NCBI GenBank assembly: GCA_965217845.1
Contig: OZ244573.1
Location: 688,806-752,805, forward strand
Direction of reading: 5' to 3'
Source of the DNA: Chloroflexota bacterium
GTDB taxonomy: Bacteria > Chloroflexota > UBA11872 > VXNJ01
DNA: 64,000 nucleotides
The notes under the pieces: generated by a model
The model's input: the letters and a program-made list of their open reading frames with translations, nothing else
What the model was told of the DNA's origin: nothing
Databases searched by the model: none
Shown here: piece after piece, positions 60,729 through 64,000 of the stretch
Layout: every line of letters starts with the position of its first letter
How positions within the stretch are numbered: the stretch's first letter is position 1
Position numbers and translations under genes: made by a program

Positions 60729-60961
60729 CTGCGGTCGGCATCGACCGCGTCGAGTATCACCTGAACTGGTACGTCGCTCCGGTCCAACTCCTGGCGCCGC
60801 TCAACTTCTTCCATGAGCTCTTCGACCGTCGGCGTTGACGCGAGCTGGTCAAGGTGTTGCACCAGGAATTGCTGCATTGACTGTCCCCTGCGTGCTGCCC
60901 TAGCCGCCAATTTGTTGCGGGTCTTTTCCGGTACGTCGCGGATGGTAATTTGCACTGCCAT
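60725..60961 (-). CDS. vapB: VapB-type antitoxin (ribbon-helix-helix / FitA-like)
   Basis: 78 aa small DNA-binding N-terminus (MAVQITIRDVPEKTRNKLAARAARRG). Translationally coupled to vapC. Confidence 0.7.
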   Translation of the reverse strand: MAVQITIRDVPEKTRNKLAARAARRGQSMQQFLVQHLDQLASTPTVEELMEEVERRQELDRSDVPVQVILDAVDADRR

Positions 60962-61288
60962 GCCAGCATTGTATCAGCATTGCCATGATAATGATGGCGA
61001 CCGCTTCCGAGTGCAAGTCATTGCGGGTGTCGGCGATTCGCTGGGACGTTTGTACGGCGCGTGGGCCCGTGACGCCCTTCGACCCATGGCATGATCGTTG
61101 GTTCACTCGAGCATTGGCTGAGGTAGATCCGAACACGCATTCGGTCGGCGTGACTGGACATAACACGGATTATCGAAAGTGCCCGGGAAACATTGAATCT
61201 AGTTGCGCTGAGCACGACAATCTGCCGGCAATGCGATAGCCCAGTACTTCAAAAAACACAAAGTTCTTGAGCCCTAAGGAGCGAAAAC

Positions 61289-61546
61289 GTGCCGAAAATG
61301 ACGATTTCGAAGCTTTTTTCGATGTCTGATGAAGAAATCATCAAGATATTGGATCGACAACTCGAAACAACCCAACTATGGGTCGATACCTATTTGCCCG
61401 AACTTCATCACAGACAGCATGCAAGAATCGCAGACGAAGTTAGGAACCTCACACGCCGCATTTTCTGTCTCACAATTGCTGTTGCGGTGATCGCGGTCGT
61501 CACCGCAGTGGCGGCGGTAGCGACTCTCGCAACAACATGGGGCTAA
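61289..61546 (+). CDS. hypothetical small protein with C-terminal TM helix (low-GC ORF)
   Basis: 85 aa in a markedly AT-richer stretch (61260-61450), with a soluble N-terminus and the hydrophobic tail CLTIAVAVIAVVTAVAAVATLATTW. Confidence 0.35.
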   Translation: MPKMTISKLFSMSDEEIIKILDRQLETTQLWVDTYLPELHHRQHARIADEVRNLTRRIFCLTIAVAVIAVVTAVAAVATLATTWG

Positions 61547-61957
61547 GGTCGCTGCTGACTTGATACATCCGCCCGCGTGAGGGCGGCGATAACTGGCGGC
61601 TGTAGTCGGAGCAAGTCACCGAATTCAGCCAGGTGATGTGAAGGGGCGAGCAAGGCGATCAGTGAATTGGCCGATTCGGCCACCGCCAGCCGGGTGCCGG
61701 CGAACCCTGGCGAGAGCGAAACCAAGTTTTCGATCGACCATGCGACGTAGCGCACCCCGACAGTCCAAGGAACGGTTAAGTGCGTGGCCAAGGGCTACAG
61801 TGGCCGCATCTTCGATTTGGCCGCCCCCACATTGGTTTCAGGTGGAATTTGAATTATCTGGTTCCAACGAAAGGGCACTTCAGTGGCGAAAAGAAAGTAC
61901 TCGCCGGAACATTCAATTTAGCCGGCGCTCCGAGGACGGTCCCGCTGTGAATCCCTT

Positions 61958-62235
61958 TTGTGGCTTGACGAGTTCACGCGCGTGGTCATGGCCGCAAAGG
62001 CGGCCCGATCCTTCCTCGCCCGGAATGGGATCGAAGTCATAGGCGATGTCATGCTCATCCACGGGGTCCCGAAACATATCCGCTCCGACAACGGCCCCGA
62101 ATTCACCGCTAGAGAGGTTTGGAAATGGCTATCGGAATGTCACTTTAAGACCGTCTACATCAATCCCGGCGCACTCTGGGAGAACGCCTATGCGGAGTCG
62201 TTCAACTCCAGGGTCAGGGACGAGCTCTTAAAGCG
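61958..62235 (+). mobile_element. IS3-family (IS407-group) transposase OrfB remnant, internal rve fragment only
   Basis: Matches the integrase-core C-terminal region of IS3-family OrfB (DEFTRV...IRSDNGPEFTAREVWKWL...INPGALWENAYAESFNSRVRDELL). No match upstream of 61958, and all frames terminate after ~62235. No OrfA, TIRs or frameshift window are present. Confidence 0.7.
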
Positions 62236-62652
62236 TTACCCTCTGCAGGAAATCCTCTGCCGATTCCCGGGCTGCCTTCAGCTTGTCCGTGATGATCGGG
62301 ACGAGTGGGGAGCGGTCTTGCTCTGGGAGAAGCGCGCCAATTTCGTTTCCCGGTTTCACTGCCCCTTCCAGCACAAGCTCCAGTGGGAAATCTTCTCCTT
62401 GGGTCAGCAAATAGGTGCGGTAGAGTGAGCGAAGAGCGCCACCTTTTCTGGCGAAAAGATTGGCTGCGGTCCACAAGCCCCGCTGTTGGCGGCCGTTGAG
62501 TTTTGCCCACTGGCGGCAATCAGCCATGCCCGTGCATGGCAGTCAAAACTGCCCACCGGTGTGGGCAATCTTTCGTTGCCGCCCACAGCTGTGGTGACGA
62601 ATTCGCAACGCCAGATCAGCGTGCAGAGTGAAATCGGCTTGACGATAGTGAC

Positions 62653-63414
62653 GTGGATAATATATCGGTTGGACTGTCAGCAAGTCACAAGGATTGGGCT
62701 TTGGGTATCGATGTAGACCGGCGAATCCAGGAATTGGAACGCGAATTCGGCCAGGAAGATCTGTCCAACGCTTTCATTGAGTACATTTCGCGCCAGGAAA
62801 CCCAAGTCGCCGAGACGTTTACGGAGTTTGCACGCTTGTGGGCTACTGATGATGATGCCGCGTTGGATGTTGCAGCTTCAATCGCTTCACTTCATCACTC
62901 ATTCAAGAAGGAAGCACCCGCAATCCGAAGCTGGCTTACATTACTTGCCCTGCAAAATGAATTGGCCCTCCAAATCGGCGGGAAGCCTCGAAAAGTCGTC
63001 GACGAATTTGGCCAAATAGCACTCAGTCAGGCCAAGTTGCGCGGAGAGGCAATTCGAGCTATTTGGGATCAACCGATGCTTGAACCTCGCGAAGTGGCAA
63101 GTGCCGTCGGCGCAAAGCCGTCGAATCGCGAGAAAGTACGCCAGTATCGAGTTCGGTCGTGGATCGTCGGACTGCCATCGGGGCGGGGTTTCCTTTATCC
63201 GGCTTTTCAATTCGATGTGAATCGGCGCGGAGTATTCCCAGAAGTACGCGCGGTAAATGTCGAACTCTCGGCAAATTCGGATCCGTGGGGCGTGGCGTCT
63301 TGGTGGATTAATGAGAACGCTCGCCTTCAAGTAAGTCCGGTGGATTTGGTTGGGACTGGCAAGGCGCAAGACCTTATAGATGCCGCCGGAGCGGTTACCG
63401 AGTTAATCGGGTAG
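62653..63414 (+). CDS. Xre-like antitoxin with C-terminal DUF2384 domain (RES-Xre TA system), with long N-terminal extension
   Basis: The C-terminal ~115 aa (from Met-142, 63076) carry an HTH segment plus a DUF2384-like motif (SDPWGVASWWINENARLQVSPVDLVGTGKAQDLIDAAG). The N-terminal 140 aa are unassigned and lower in GC. GTG start at 62653. Confidence 0.6.
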   Translation: MDNISVGLSASHKDWALGIDVDRRIQELEREFGQEDLSNAFIEYISRQETQVAETFTEFARLWATDDDAALDVAASIASLHHSFKKEAPAIRSWLTLLALQNELALQIGGKPRKVVDEFGQIALSQAKLRGEAIRAIWDQPMLEPREVASAVGAKPSNREKVRQYRVRSWIVGLPSGRGFLYPAFQFDVNRRGVFPEVRAVNVELSANSDPWGVASWWINENARLQVSPVDLVGTGKAQDLIDAAGAVTELIG

Positions 63415-63418
63415 GACG

Positions 63419-64000
63419 TTGTCCCCCAACCAAACCCCGCCAACGGATTTTGATGGTCAGCTACAAACTCACGTATTGCCTAGCGGGACCATATTGACGC
63501 GGATTCACAGCGTGGAATTCGAGGTTGCCGCATTCAATCCGACCCCGGCGATGAATGAGCTCCAAGGCGGCAGATTCGACGCGACACTTGAAGACCCTTA
63601 CCCGTTTCTTTACGCCGCCAGTGATGATCCGACCGCGATATCCGAGACGTTGCTTCGTGACCTCCCGATCGACACGAGCGGATCACGTTTACTCCCTAGG
63701 GTGCGAATCAATGGGTTGAAGATCAGTTGGCTGCGCGTAAATGCAGAATTGCGGCTTGTAAATCTTCGTTCGCGCACGGATCTTGCCTCGGCTGGGCAAG
63801 ATTCTTGGCTTACGACAACGACCTCCGAGTACAACTCGACTCGCCAATGGTGCGCTGCGATTCGCACATGGGCCCCTTGGGCGTGCGGAATGACTTGGCG
63901 ATCTCCTCGTGAACCCATGGGATTCGCGTTCATTTTTTTTGGTGACCGGTGCCCCAAGGGGTGTTTCCGGGAACAGTCTCTCGGTCTACCTGTACCAGCT
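63419..64000 (+). CDS. RES-domain toxin (3' end outside window)
   Basis: TTG 63419 lies 5 nt after the antitoxin stop. RES-family motifs are present: LPSGTILTRIHS, GGRFDA, PFLYAASDDPTAISETL, and later conserved R/S positions. Confidence 0.65.
   Translation, partial: MSPNQTPPTDFDGQLQTHVLPSGTILTRIHSVEFEVAAFNPTPAMNELQGGRFDATLEDPYPFLYAASDDPTAISETLLRDLPIDTSGSRLLPRVRINGLKISWLRVNAELRLVNLRSRTDLASAGQDSWLTTTTSEYNSTRQWCAAIRTWAPWACGMTWRSPREPMGFAFIFFGDRCPKGCFREQSLGLPVPA

Overview
This is a 64 kb window from a very GC-rich bacterial chromosome; the many long antisense ORFs are GC artefacts. Gene content (archaeal-type ApgM, Rieske protein inside the suf operon, MetM/MetO-like genes, Tat lipoproteins) fits Chloroflexota or Actinomycetota, but taxonomy cannot be fixed from sequence alone. 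From 1 to about 50.2 kb the window is mostly core housekeeping. It holds pheT (5' partial), a thioesterase, an LmbE-like deacetylase / PrpF-family isomerase / extradiol dioxygenase trio, MscS, a complete suf Fe-S operon (sufC-sufB-sufD-Rieske-sufS-sufU-HAD), DUF72, ApgM, and a SIMPL protein. A thiamine salvage locus follows (TPK, then a TPP riboswitch in front of ykoF-thiX-thiY-thiZ). Next come polyprenyl synthase, FtsH, TilS, Dut, an FtsB-like protein, MnmA, a DUF4349/GT2/GT2 cluster and an aminotransferase. A SAM-I riboswitch precedes a threonine-synthase-like (MetM-type) gene and a MoaD/ThiS-like GG-terminated sulfur carrier. tRNA-Glu(UUC), a Usp, RecA and a Zn-ADH close this part. From about 50.7 kb the content turns accessory. 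It contains AT-richer non-coding tracts, a HARE-HTH protein, a decayed NaChBac-like sodium channel gene with a stop at the selectivity-filter Glu codon and a frameshift, and MFS exporters. It also contains an LLM oxidoreductase, an alpha/beta-hydrolase whose nucleophile Ser is replaced by Phe, a class-II Fic protein, VapBC, an IS3-family transposase remnant, and an Xre(DUF2384)-RES toxin-antitoxin pair running off the window end. Several genes carry apparent +/-1 frameshifts or lack an in-frame canonical start, mostly at GC runs or homopolymers. This is either assembly indel error or real gene decay; it affects every start call here and should be checked against reads. I did not find a convincing new multi-gene system. 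The strongest candidates for follow-up are the deacetylase/PrpF/dioxygenase operon, the riboswitch-controlled MetM/MetO locus, and the 50.7-64 kb accessory region.
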